In this document: piece by piece, positions 10,546 through 22,569 of the stretch
Layout: each line of letters opens with the position of its first letter
Numbering within the stretch: position 1 is the first letter of the stretch
NCBI RefSeq assembly: GCF_001194135.2
Contig: NC_068981.1
Span: 24,699,846 to 24,733,768 of the forward strand
Length of the DNA stretch: 33,923 nt
Origin: Octopus bimaculoides
Taxonomy: Eukaryota
Direction: 5' to 3'
Program-made: the position numbers and the translations under genes
The notes under the pieces: generated by a model
What the model was told of the DNA's origin: nothing
What the model saw: only the letters and a program-made list of their open reading frames with translations
Databases searched by the model: none

Positions 10546-13039
10546 TTACTGGTTTCAGTCGAAAAGTGCATTTTNNNNNNNNNNNNNNNNNNNNNNNNNN
10601 NNNNNNNNNNNNNNNNNNNNNNNNNNNNNNNNNNNNNNNNNNNNNNNNNNNNNNNNNNNNNNNNNNNNNNNNNNNNNNNNNNNNNNNNNNNNNNNNNNNN
10701 NNNNNNNNNNNNNNNNNNNNNNNNNNNNNNNNNNNNNNNNNNNNNNNNNNNNNNNNNNNNNNNNNNNNNNNNNNNNNNNNNNNNNNNNNNNNNNNNNNNN
10801 NNNNNNTGAACTTAGGGCGTAAAGTACTGTGACTAACTAACTACCGCTAGGCTTTTGTCCAACGCTGTAACGATTCCGTTAAACCCACACCGCTCGTATA
10901 CATGATCTCGTTAGACTTAAACTCGCCTGTTCCTATTTCATCACTAATTACTACTGTACCGTTTGTATTGCGAAATGATAAGATTACACAGGAAATGAAA
11001 AAGGTGGAGCCGTTAGACTCATTAACCGAATTTTCACTTTCTCCCTCTCATCTTTCTTCCTTTCTCCCCCCCCCCATCTCTCTCTCTGTTTATGTTTGTC
11101 ATTCTCTCTTTCGTCATGTTTCTCACCTACTTCGCTCCTCAATTTCACGCACATACACCCCCTGACATCCTTTCATTCATGTACACATACAGTTTCTCAC
11201 TCTCTCTTCTTCTTCTTTCTATTCCTGTCCCTGTCTCTACTTCTCTCCTACGTCTCCTGTTAGTTTTCTAAAAACATATTCCAACCCTTAGAATATTTGT
11301 ACTTTTCTAGTCCATAATTTGCACGTGTTTCTTGTTAAGTATCTCTAATGAACTAAAAGACTTGGTCGGCAAGCAGACGGACCTATAAGAGGCATGTAGT
11401 CTGTGGCGGCGGCATATGCTGTTGTTTTTACCCCATTCGTGTCTTCTTTTTCGTTTCTGATGGAGCAGACCCATGGGTCCTTACGCAGTTGGTCGAACTT
11501 TTAGGTGTGATCCACAGTTTCGTCCTATTGGTCTATCGATACCACATTTCTGCCTCGAGCACGAAGGACCACTCAGTACACTTATATATGAGTGGTTTAT
11601 CGTTTGGTAGGTACTGTAGAAACTACAGTGAAGTCTGGTAACCACCCTACATAGCTGTATTCGGTCGCCTTCTTAGAGGCTACATAACGGCTCCATCATT
11701 GACTTTTGCGACCACGAAAATGCTTTCCTGATTGCTAGTTTAAACGAGGTGGGACATAGTACTTCAGGTTCATTTTATTTGTTTGGAGCCGAGTCTATAC
11801 GTTGTTGGTGTGGGAAGCAATTGGAGATCGTTGCTTGCCGTAAGTAATTCCACCACCACCGCTACCACCATCATCATCATTATTATTGCTCATTTGTTTT
11901 TAGTACAGATCTACTGCGGATTTTTTCATACGATGTGTGGCTAGAGTATACCTTATTGTACACATAACTCTAATGAAGTAAGTACACATTTCGACGCTGC
12001 GACGATATATGAAACACGCACGCACGTAGTATGGCTTCGCAGTTGCATCAAAGAATTTGGACATAGCGGTCTTGAGCGAATTATGTGTTGTGATTGTAAT
12101 ATATTAAAAAATAAAACGGAAAGGAGCGTGTAACGTAACGAGTGATGTTACCGTTACGGTTGCACTGAAATGTGATAAAGCTTTCTTGCGCTGTCGGCAT
12201 ACCGGTATTAACACTGTCTTTCTCTTCGTTATTTGTGCGAGGTGGTTTACGGTATAAGGTGGTATTCAGTCAAACAGCGAATGCACTGCTTTCAAGTATT
12301 ATTGCAAAGATGAACCAGCCCCAGAAAATCGATGTAGAAATTGGAAAATATCACAATATACAGAAAGGCACAGCTAGTATCAGCTAGCAAGATACCATAT
12401 AAAATTTTCAATTCTCCCTTCTTTGTTATTTTATTTTCGTATATGTACGCACACGCACGTACGCACGCTCACGTATCCATGTGATGAGAACGAGAGAAAT
12501 TACTAAAAGAACAATAGGAATTTTGAAAATAAGACATTCAACAAATATAGGAAGTAGAAAAAAATATGATATTTTACACCAAAATACTTGAAAATCAATG
12601 GATATTAAAAGAAGAGATGTTGAAAAATTTGGCATTTTGGAATGTATTTCAGATTCAGCCATCATATCTGTAAAAAAAAAGTGAAGTGACTTTTGACATA
12701 AGCGTCTAAACAAGCAGAAATCCTTCAGGAACAAGGGAAAATATATTTCTTTTAATTTCTCTTGTGTCCGCAATGCTTTTGTTTTTCTCCGTTTGTTTTT
12801 ATTCTGAAATGAAGCAGTGTTTAACCTAAATTTTTGCACCACTTTCATTCACGAGATCCTAGCTAGAGTTCGGAAACAAATTGAAAATCAATAAGAGCTC
12901 TAGAAATATCAACATTTTAGATTTTCACTTGTTCTCAGTATTGTTGTAGTATAATGTAAATACTGTCAGAGAAATTCAACAAACGAATAAACAAACAGAA
13001 TGAAAATGAAATTGTTCTCATTAGTTTTATTCTAGATGT

Positions 13040-13615
13040 TGACTGGCTTCCAAATCAGCTTTGATCCACTTGAGCCTTGATACAAGGCGTTCCACCTATG
13101 ACCATTACTCTTATAATTTTTTTAGGCACCTGTTGTTGTTGGCACTCCGTCGCTTACGACGTCGAGGGTTCCAGTTGATCTGATCAACGGAACAGCCTGC
13201 TCGTGAAATTAACGTGCAAGTGGCTGAGCACTCCGCAGACACGTGTACCCTTAACGTAGTTCTCGGGGATATTCAGCGCGACACAGTGTGACAAGGCTGA
13301 CCCTCTGAATTACAGGCACAACAGAAACAGGAAGTAAGAGTGAGAGAAAGTTGTGGTGGAAGAGTACAGCAAGGTTCGCCACCATCCCCTGCCGGAGCCT
13401 CGTGGAGCTTTAGGTGTTTTCGCTCAATAAACACTCACAACGTCCGGTCTGGGAATCGAAACCGCGAGTCCGCTGCCCTAACCACTTGACCATTGCGCCT
13501 ACTTTAGGCACCTATATTCACGACAACATTCATTATCCAGCATGACTTTCTTCATATAAGGTGGGCAGTATGCGATACGAGGGAGATTTAGCTGTTATTT
13601 CAAACAGCTCGAGTG
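13040..13615 (-). mobile_element. Family D repeat split by SINE B (13132-13502)
   Basis: ggcgttccacctatgaccatt on the left; cattatcc...cgagggagatttagctgttatttc on the right, which is the reverse complement of the D body. Confidence 0.65.
13132..13502 (-). mobile_element. SINE family B, full length
   Basis: Near-identical reverse complement of 1651-2039; 11-bp TSD tttaggcacct at 13121-13131 and 13503-13513. Confidence 0.93.
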
Positions 13616-13794
13616 TGAACTGTTTTGCTTTGCTTTAGAGAAGTCCTGAACAAACTGCGCCCCACGGGGAATTTCTGAATAGTGCATGGAACGAAAAATT
13701 AACCTTGGATCTTTTTAGCTGTGCAGTCCACCTTATTGATGAGTCATGTATCATGTGGTCTGCTTGTCGCAAAAGTTTGCTTATAGCTGTTTTA

Positions 13795-14025
13795 GAGTGA
13801 GGCTCTGAGAGAATCGCTAGAGCATCGGACAAAATGCTCTGCGGTTTTTGTTTTGGCTCTTTAACTTTCTGAGATCAAAAATCTCGCCGAGCTCAACTTT
13901 CCCTTTCATCCTTTTGTAACTGATAGATAAAGTACCGAGTCAAGTACTGGGGTTCGATGGTATCGATTTCACCCTCCACCCCCTTCAAAAAATGCTTGCC
14001 ATGTTTCCTAAATCAGAATCGATTT
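13795..14025 (+). mobile_element. SINE family C, diverged
   Basis: agaatcgctagagcatcggacaaaatgc...gagatcaaa...aactttccctttcatcct...aagtaccgag...gtactggggttcgat. Confidence 0.75.
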
Positions 14026-14205
14026 ATTATATATACTCACATCTGCTAAAGTTGATAAATGTTCAAAATTTGTTAACTATTTAGTTTATCTATTATCCCT
14101 GTATTACCACATAGATACAGCTTTTGAATAAAAGAATTCAAAGATGTAAAACGTTTATTGTTATCATATACGAAAGAGTAAGAAGACCGCACAACAGCTT
14201 GGTTT

Positions 14206-14280
14206 GTTACTATGGAAACAGGCACCAATATGTCTGTGGTTTTGGATTGGCTAAAATTACTCAAAGTTTGCAAACTTTGA
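14206..14280. promoter_or_regulatory. Motif cluster: RFX X-box-like site, two CCAAT boxes, 20-bp palindrome (function unproven)
   Basis: gttactatggaaac 14206-14219 fits RTHNYY-WT-RRNRAC; ccaat 14225-14229; attgg 14246-14250; tcaaagtttgcaaactttga 14261-14280. Confidence 0.25.
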
Positions 14281-14300
14281 AAGCTTTTGTCTTTTTCATC

Positions 14301-14646
14301 TTCTACTTGTTGCAATCATTAGACTGTGGCCACACTAATGCACAGCCTTGAAGAGTTTTTAGTCAAATGAATCGACCCCAGTGTTTTTTTTTTGTTTGTT
14401 TTTGGTAAGCCTGGTATTTATTCTATTGGACTCTTTTACCGAACCGCTAAGTTACGGGGACGTAAACGCACCAATACCGGTTGTTAAGCGTTGGTGGAGG
14501 ACAAAGACACACACACACATATGACGGACTTCTTTCAGACTTAGGTCGGCCCGAGGGTATAGTAGAAGACGCTTGCCCATAGTGCCACGCAGTAGCACTG
14601 AACATGGTACCATGCGTTTAGGAAGCAAACTTCTTACTACACTGCC
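14301..14646 (-). mobile_element. SINE family A, diverged, short internal microsatellite, internal deletion
   Basis: gaaccgctaagttacggggacgtaaac and cttgccca.agtgccacgcagt match A in reverse. Confidence 0.85.
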
Positions 14647-15139
14647 AAAGCAAAAATGTATTTCATTTCTATAATTAGCATACAAAACTACATCAATACA
14701 CCAAATTTGAAATCAGTTGGAACAAAATTAAAAGAATTGAAAAGTAAAAAAAAAATCCAACAGAAAAGACCCTTATTTACTTATGATTTTATTAATACTG
14801 CTTAACTCATAACCACTGAGGTTGTTTCGTACGATTTTGTGTCCCCTAGATTAAAATAGTTGTAGCCTTGTTTATCACTGTTTTAATATCACTGATCTGG
14901 GATAATGTGGTACGCTTGTTAATCCTTATCGCTGATTGAATCTGTGATGACATGGTTCGACGATCAGTCGAAGATTCTGCTTGTACCGCAAAAACGTGCC
15001 CCAACGGCCGCCCACAATGCTCAGCCATGCTGCGTGGTTGCATATTTTTATACGGATTTACGTGCTCGTACCCATCAACATGCGACTAGTGAACAAGGAA
15101 ATAAACAAAAGGAAAAAAAAAACATACGAAGATACCTGA

Positions 15140-15345
15140 TCCTAAGAAATGATGCGCTCGAGTGCATTCTCTACAGAATAAGGTAGAGAGATGATCAAGA
15201 AAATACGTAACGATGGAAACTTCACAGCTGTAGGCTGCGTGTTCGGTGTCAATGAATCTACCATTCGTTCCATTTACTAAGTGCGTGGAGATGATTCATT
15301 TATCACGGTTTTTTTTTTTCAAATGAAACTCCGTAATAAACGGGC
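15140..15345 (+). pseudogene. pogo/Tigger-type transposase N-terminal HTH (psq/CENP-B-like) remnant
   Basis: 15191-15280 reads MIKKIRNDGNFTAVGCVFGVNESTIRSIY*, preceded out of frame by ...SLQNKVE. FGVNESTIRSI is typical of Tigger-like HTH. The downstream tttatcacgg...ccgtaataaacggg resembles a Tigger-derivative terminus. Confidence 0.65.
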
Positions 15346-15719
15346 CTCTTACTCTTTACTCTTTTACTTGTTTCAGTCATTTGACTGCGGCCATGCTGGA
15401 GCACCGCCTTTAGTCGAGCAAATCGACCCCAGGACTTATTCTTTGTAAGCCTAGTACTTATTCTATCGGTGTCTTTTGCCGAACCGCTAAGTTACGAGGA
15501 CGTAAGCACACCAGCATCGGTTGTCAAGCGATGTTGGGGGGACAAACACAGACACACAAACGTACACACGCACGCACGCGCGCACACACACACACATACA
15601 TGTATACGACGGGCTTCTTTCAGTTTCCGTCTGCCAAATCCACTCAGAAGGCTTTGGTTGGCCCGAGGCTATAGTAGAAAACACTTGCCCAAGGTGCCAC
15701 GCAGTGGGACTGAACCCGG
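15346..15719 (-). mobile_element. SINE family A (5' end in gap)
   Basis: High identity to the reverse complement of 29695-30130; internal (CA)n/(CG)n tract. Confidence 0.92.
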
Positions 15720-16714
15720 NNNNNNNNNNNNNNNNNNNNNNNNNNNNNNNNNNNNNNNNNNNNNNNNNNNNNNNNNNNNNNNNNNNNNNNNNNNNNNNNN
15801 NNNNNNNNNNNNNNNNNNNNNNNNNNNNNNNNNNNNNNNNNNNNNNNNNNNNNNNNNNNNNNNNNNNNNNNNNNNNNNNNNNNNNNNNNNNNNNNNNNNN
15901 NNNNNNNNNNNNNNNNNNNNNNNNNNNNNNNNNNNNNNNNNNNNNNNNNNNNNNNNNNNNNNNNNNNNNNNNNNNNNNNNNNNNNNNNNNNNNNNNNNNN
16001 NNNNNNNNNNNNNNNNNNNNNNNNNNNNNNNNNNNNNNNNNNNNNNNNNNNNNNNNNNNNNNNNNNNNNNNNNNNNNNNNNNNNNNNNNNNNNNNNNNNN
16101 NNNNNNNNNNNNNNNNNNNNNNNNNNNNNNNNNNNNNNNNNNNNNNNNNNNNNNNNNNNNNNNNNNNNNNNNNNNNNNNNNNNNNNNNNNNNNNNNNNNN
16201 NNNNNNNNNNNNNNNNNNNNNNNNNNNNNNNNNNNNNNNNNNNNNNNNNNNNNNNNNNNNNNNNNNNNNNNNNNNNNNNNNNNNNNNNNNNNNNNNNNNN
16301 NNNNNNNNNNNNNNNNNNNNNNNNNNNNNNNNNNNNNNNNNNNNNNNNNNNNNNNNNNNNNNNNNNNNNNNNNNNNNNNNNNNNNNNNNNNNNNNNNNNN
16401 NAAATATATAACACATAAATATAATGGGTGTCTTCAAGCCCTCTTTGTACAGTTCATTTTAGAAAGTATTAATCCAGCGTTGGCCAAAAGTGGCGCATAA
16501 CAAGTTCAAACCCGAACCCATGTTGTTGCGGAGCGAGCTTCTGAATCCCACATATATGCTCGACTCACTAAGCCGTACTCCCAGCACCATAAAAAAAAAA
16601 AAAAGAAAAGTGTTGAGGGTCTCGGAACATACCGGAAGATAAACATCACAGGAAATTCCATAGGTTCACACATCTATCTGAGCTGCGAGCTGACGATGCA
16701 GTCAGTATATGAGT

Positions 16715-16860
16715 CGACATACTAGAAACAGCAGTCAAATCTTCACGTATCACTCTTGAAATGGAAGAACATTTATGAATAATATCGCACTAGAAAAAAT
16801 ACATACTTTGAAAAAATAAAAAAAAACAATACAGGGTGGTCATGATTGGGGCGTATTTGT
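16715..16860 (+). mobile_element. Family D repeat
   Basis: tactagaaacagcagtcaaatcttc...gataat...cagggtggtcatgattgg. Confidence 0.6.
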
Positions 16861-17634
16861 TTATAGTTGCCTAAGGTAAGGCTGGTTTTGTGTGGGGAAT
16901 ATGCCCTGTCTTTTCGTATATTCTTATGTATTTTAATTTTCTTGTAAAATTTCGCGCTTGCACTACGCCATTGAATACGGGGGTTAATATACTTTACTAT
17001 ACGCTTTTTTACAAGCTAACTGAATTAACTGTCTTCGCTTTGTTGGCTCGAAACAGCAGCATCTAACCTCAATTTCACGTGACTTCACGAGCCAACGGAA
17101 AGAACCACTCTATGGTCTTTCGACTTGCTAGAAATAACGGCAAAATCTACCTCAAACCGCAGCTACATCCCCTTGAGAAACGGGTCACGTTTTATGATGC
17201 AGTCTCGGGGACACACACACACATACCAACAACAATAATAATAATGATAACAATTTCTTCATTAATCACTGAGGGTTTACAATAATATTGGCGGGGTGGT
17301 ACACGATAGGATTACTTGAAGGAGTTTATGTAAAGAAAAGCAACTAACAAATAATAATAATAATTCTAATTTTGGGCTCAAGGCCTACAGTTTAGAGTGG
17401 GGGAGGAACAAGTCGGGCATTCCTTCGATATTGGCCTACAGAATGTCGGCGTGGGGGAAGACGACGTCATCCAGCCTCTTTTTCAGCTGGCCTAGCCACT
17501 TCATCTGTTATCATGAGGGAAGATTTGTGTGAGGAAATGACGTTGTGTACCAATATCAAAGGATTGCCACATGTCGATTGCATCGACCCCGGTACTTGAC
17601 TACTGCTGCTGCAACAACAACAACAACAACAACA

Positions 17635-17754
17635 AGGTCTGAAATAGGGGAGGGGGATAGTCGATTACATCGATTCCCAGTACTCGACTGGTAACTTATT
17701 TTACCGATCTCGAAAGGATGAACGGCAAAGTCGACCTCGGTGGAATTTGAACTC

Positions 17755-17755
<1 letters not shown>
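17635..17755 (-). mobile_element. SINE family C, partial, abutting a (CAA)n(TAA)n microsatellite
   Basis: agtcgattacatcgattcccagtactcgactggtaac...gaaaggatgaacggcaaagtcgacctcggtggaatttgaactc. Confidence 0.85.

Positions 17756-17842
<87 letters not shown>
17754..17842. repeat. Compound (CAA)n-(TAA)n microsatellite
   Basis: Perfect visible runs. Confidence 0.95.
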
Positions 17843-17844
<2 letters not shown>

Positions 17845-18014
17845 CACCTGATATTTCCGTAATCTGCTTGATAATAAATATGTCCTTTATGTTATGTATC
17901 GTTATTATGAAATTTAAAGGTAAAAAAAGAAAAACTTAAGGAAATAAACATCATATTAAAAACAAATTGTTTGAAGGTACAATTATCATATAGATGATGC
18001 AAAATATCTATATG

Positions 18015-18018
<4 letters not shown>

Positions 18019-18062
<44 letters not shown>

Positions 18063-18122
18063 GTCTGTATATGTATCTATCTATCTATCTATCTATCTGT
18101 CTGTATATGTATCTATCTATCT
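18019..18122. repeat. (CTAT)n tetranucleotide repeat with an internal duplicated variant unit
   Basis: tatctatc run with ctgtctgtatatgtatctat present twice. Confidence 0.9.
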
Positions 18123-18151
18123 CAATATATGTATATGCTATAGTTGTGATG

Positions 18152-18410
18152 ATGCTGTTTAACCCTGGGTCACCCCTTGTTGAGCAGACTTGTGATATAT
18201 ATATAGCTTGCTATCCACCTCTGCGTCTTTCTCGTTAAGAACATTAAACCCCATCGATTTTACTAGTTTAGACGGTTCTGCAAAGGCCCTAGGACACTGT
18301 CCGCTTCCTTCTGACCCATCAAGTAAGAAAAGATACACACACGCACACCGACATTCAAGACAATAGATTTGTGATTTGAGGGAGATTTACTTGCTATTTT
18401 TTGCAGGACA
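18152..18410 (-). mobile_element. Family D repeat, diverged or interrupted
   Basis: tgtttaaccctgggtcacccc..gagcagac and gtgatttgagggagattt..ttgctatt. Confidence 0.6.
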
Positions 18411-19479
18411 GACGAAGTGGTTGTGTATGATGGTGGCTGTGTTTGTGATAGTGATGGCAGTATATTTGCTCCCATGTTGGCACTGGTGGTGGTAGTAGAG
18501 CTCGTAATGGTAGTAGTACTGGTGATGGTGGTAGTGGTGATGGTTTGTCAGTGAAAATGTGCCAGCGATCTGAGCTTACCCTAACTCCCACTTGAACAAA
18601 ATTATCACTGCTAACCCCACCTGTATTTCCACCTGCAGATTCACAACCCCCCCATGATAACCCTCCCTCCCTCCCGAAGAATCAATAAAAATTAGTTAGG
18701 TGTGACAAATTCTCCAAAGATTCAGTAAATAGGTAGATAATAAATATAAATATAACCAGTCGGTAGTGACTTGAATGCCTTTAATCAGAAAGGTTTCTTG
18801 ACCTGGGGTCGACTTGGGACTTAAACATCAGCAACGTGAATTATGTCCGAAAGTACTTACCAATTATGTAACCGAATCAGGTCGGCTCAACTAACGTAAA
18901 TACCTGTTATATTACCTGGATCAGGTCAAAAAATTACTGACATAAATAACTACAAATATCTCTCGTTTTTCTAATTATCGTGTTTATTACATTTGCCGAC
19001 AATTATCTGACTATATTAGATCGATTGTGTTTATAACCCTAGCCACCTATATCTCGTTCTCTGGTTTTCCTCCGATCTCCATCTTAGAAATTGGCATATG
19101 AAAGAAAAAATCTTAGTGAGAGAGAGACAGAAACAAAAACTGACAATTCTAGAGTGCTGAAGTACCTAAGTATATATGTACAGCAACGTATACATATTAT
19201 ATTACAACATTGTGTGTGTTACGTAAGCCGACTTTTTGTCAGATGTAAGCGTGTGCAAGTTGTAATCAGCCTCAATAACAGCAGCAGCAGCAGCAGCAGT
19301 AGCCGTAGCAGCAGCAGTAGCAGAGGGGGGGAGGGTAGTGATGATGACGGCGGAGGTGTGTGTTGGTTGCTTTTCAGTGAAGAAACTATTGGAACTGCTT
19401 TGCTTAGCCCAAATATAGGTCAAACTTTTGCTAAGCTAGCCAGCCTTCCCTTACACCCGATTTTTCACCGATGACCTAC

Positions 19480-20860
19480 TTTTACATCCACCCTCCTCCT
19501 CCTCCTCCTTCTCTCATCCAGCTCTTTTTCTTAGTCTTTCACTTTACATGTATTAACTACCTCTCTCTCCCTCTCTCCCCCTCTCTCTGTGCACTTCTCT
19601 TTGTTTTGTTTTGTTCATTCTATATTTTCTCCTCTTCTAAGAAAAATCTGTTTCGTTTCCTTTTTCCTTTCCTTCCTCTATCTTTTACTTTTTTTGAAAA
19701 ACTTTTACTTTTTTTTACTCTGTTCTTTGTCTTTCTTTTTCGTTTTTTTTCCTCTTTTAGCTTGATTTCATTTCTTTTTTTTTATTTAAATTTTTTTCGT
19801 GGCGAACGTCTATGTGGATTTTTCTAGTATTTTCTTTCGTTTTCGCTTTGCTTCCTTCATCTTATATATTCAAAAACTGTCCCCCACCCCTGCACTCCAC
19901 CACGAAAAAGAAAAACAAAAGGGATCATTCCCTTCATTTACTTTGTATTGTAATTGTTTTGCATTCTAAAATTATCATCTCTGCCCCCTTCCTTATTTTA
20001 TTACCTCTCTCCTTCCCTCTTTTCGCTTTCCTATTCATTCACCTTTTTCTTTCTTCGTTCCATTTCGTTCATATTTTCTTTTTGCTTTATTTCCTTGTTT
20101 TTCTCTTCGTTTCTTTAGGTTTCCTCTTTGTAATCCCCCCCCTCCTGTATCTGCCTCGATTGCCTACGTCAGCTTTAGTGTCTTCGATCCTTAACTTTCG
20201 CAGTATATTTTACTTTTTAGTATATTTCCTTTCTTTTTTTCCTTCTTGCTTTTCAATCCCTAATTTGTTCCTTTTCCTTCTTTATTATTATTATTTCATT
20301 CTTCTTTCATTTATTTTATTCTATTTTTCTTTTATTCTCATTTTCATTCTTCACCTTCTTTACGTATCATATTTTTCCTCTCTTAGTTAGGTCTTCTTAC
20401 GTTCTTATTCATTTATCTTCCTCTTCATCTCTTCCTTTGTCGTTGTTTCGTTTCGTTTTTTCCCCCCTTTTACTCTTTCATTTGACTTTTTCAGTCTTAC
20501 GTAGGTTTTCCCTCTTTTTCTATTTTTTCTTCTGTCTTGCTGCTTTTCGTTTTTATTTTCTTTCTGCATTTCTTAACTTTAGCTTACCTTCTTACGTAGT
20601 ACTCTCTTCTCTGTCCCCCCCTTTTTTTATATGGATTTTACTTAAATTTTCTCCCTGTTCCACTTTTTCTTCGTTTTTCAGTTCATTCTTTGTTTTCAAT
20701 TCGTTCGTTTTTTTTAAATACTTTGATTCATCTACGTTATTCAGTTATTTTCATTTTTTTTTCATCTCTACTTCATTTACTCCTTCCTCATCTTTACTAT
20801 TTTCTCCACCTTTTACCAGTGTTCTAATCTTTAAAGCTTACCTATTTAAGTTCCTTTATT
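19480..20860. repeat. ~1.4 kb strand-asymmetric pyrimidine (T/C)-rich low-complexity tract
   Basis: T-dominated and G-poor on the + strand; the overlapping F/L/S-rich ORFs follow from this composition. Confidence 0.85.
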
Positions 20861-21902
20861 AAAAAAACAAAATAAAACAAAACAAACTTCATGGTACACT
20901 CGCATATTTAAACAAAAGATACGGTTATATATATATATCCATACATACATATTAAGGATTCGCTGCATGCCCATACATATATACATACATACAAATAAAT
21001 ATAGATATACAAACACGTGTGCACGTTTATATGTAAACATAGATGCATTACCTACACAAAATATACATCACACATATAGACGCAGGTGCAGTGTGTGAAT
21101 TAGAATATAAGAAAAATGGTATAATTGCAAAAATCAAGAGAATGTAAAAGAACGGTAGAAGATGAAAAAGGATGAATATTATTAATGTGTGTGTGGTTGC
21201 TTGATGTATATACTTGCTTATATATATAAAAGCTATTTGAAGTCCTTTTTTTTCTTCTTCCAAGTTTAAAATTGACTAATGCACACAATCAGGTACACAT
21301 GTATACAATTTCAGATGGAAAAAAAGAACACATGCATTGCACGAATGTACAATGTGTATGTGTATATTTACGATCGTGTGGTGTGTGTGTGCGCGCTCTT
21401 ATCCTAAGTACTCTATGCTCGTGTGTTTTAACAGATACATATGCACATACAGATAAGGCACACACGCGATTGATTCTACGCACTTTGAATATTAGCATGT
21501 AAAGAGAACATTCCTTGCTTTTGAACTATAAAAACATGCTCACTTTCTTCCTTGACACACTCATACCATATATCCACACACACGATTGTTATGTTCACAC
21601 GCTCTCATTGACTCTTTAAATCTGCTGCTGAATGGATTTCGATAGTTGAAGGGAGACCACAAGTGATGTGTTCACAATAAAGACTTCATTTAATTTACTG
21701 ACGATGATGAGAGCGATAAAAATTCCTCTGTTTAGACAGACACAAGGCCTGTTTTTTTTTTTTCATGTGGGAGGATGCATAATCAGATCCCAATAGAAAG
21801 GAGAGTATTACTGCTATTTATCTTCCCTACAGCGCAGAAGAATTTAATTACGAAACAAGGAATTCGAACACGGGTCGAGAAATAACTTAAACAGCGGTAT
21901 CC

Positions 21903-21938
<36 letters not shown>
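21903..21938. repeat. (CT)n microsatellite
   Basis: Perfect run. Confidence 0.95.
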
Positions 21939-21943
<5 letters not shown>

Positions 21944-22569
21944 CATATGCGATTCTTATGTAATTGGTGTACATATTTTTGTACAACCCCACGGTCTATT
22001 GGTACTCAATGGTACTGATATAAGCTCGTAGGATTCGTGGAAAATTCCCGGATTTATGAATCTCTCTTTTTCAATTTTGATGCATAAATTTATTGATCTT
22101 CATGGAATTGTTTCATTATGTTAATGGTTTCGATTATCATCGATCTCCTTCTATCGTCAAAAGACTGTTTCTGCGTAACATACAACAAACTTGTTTCAAA
22201 TTTAAATCATGTCTTGGATCGTGTTCCATAATTAAAAAAGGCTGTTTATAGTAAAGCACTCGAACTGGCTTAAAATTTAAATTATGTCTTCGGTTTTCTT
22301 CCATACTGAAGGTTTATAACGTAACTCTAGAAATTGTAATACGTTTCACACGAATGTCGTGACAAATAAAGTATTTATTACGGATAATTTAATATAATAT
22401 GATTTCGTGCTCTCCGAAACCATGCAACCTATCCTTTTTCTTCACGACAAACTAACTTATTTTCACTTTGTGAACCATGAAAGTCATTCCGTCGTTAGGG
22501 TTCGACGTTTTGTTTTAGATTACTGCCCCTCTTGTTTCCTCTGTATCAATTACAATAATGGTAATTCTT

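Noticed and set aside
11340-11830. Possible Penelope GIY-YIG remnant (VVYRL at ~11595) in complex-looking sequence
   Set aside because: Only a 4-5 residue resemblance, and the following Cys/Tyr-Gly pattern is absent in frame.
19379-19420. Possible micro-exon (ttttcag|TGAAGAAACT...ATAG|gtcaaa)
   Set aside because: Weak donor, unrecognised peptide and no neighbouring exons; indistinguishable from chance.
19471-20862. Three long hydrophobic ORFs resembling membrane proteins
   Set aside because: An F/L/S-rich artefact of a T-rich tract lacking stop codons; no motif.
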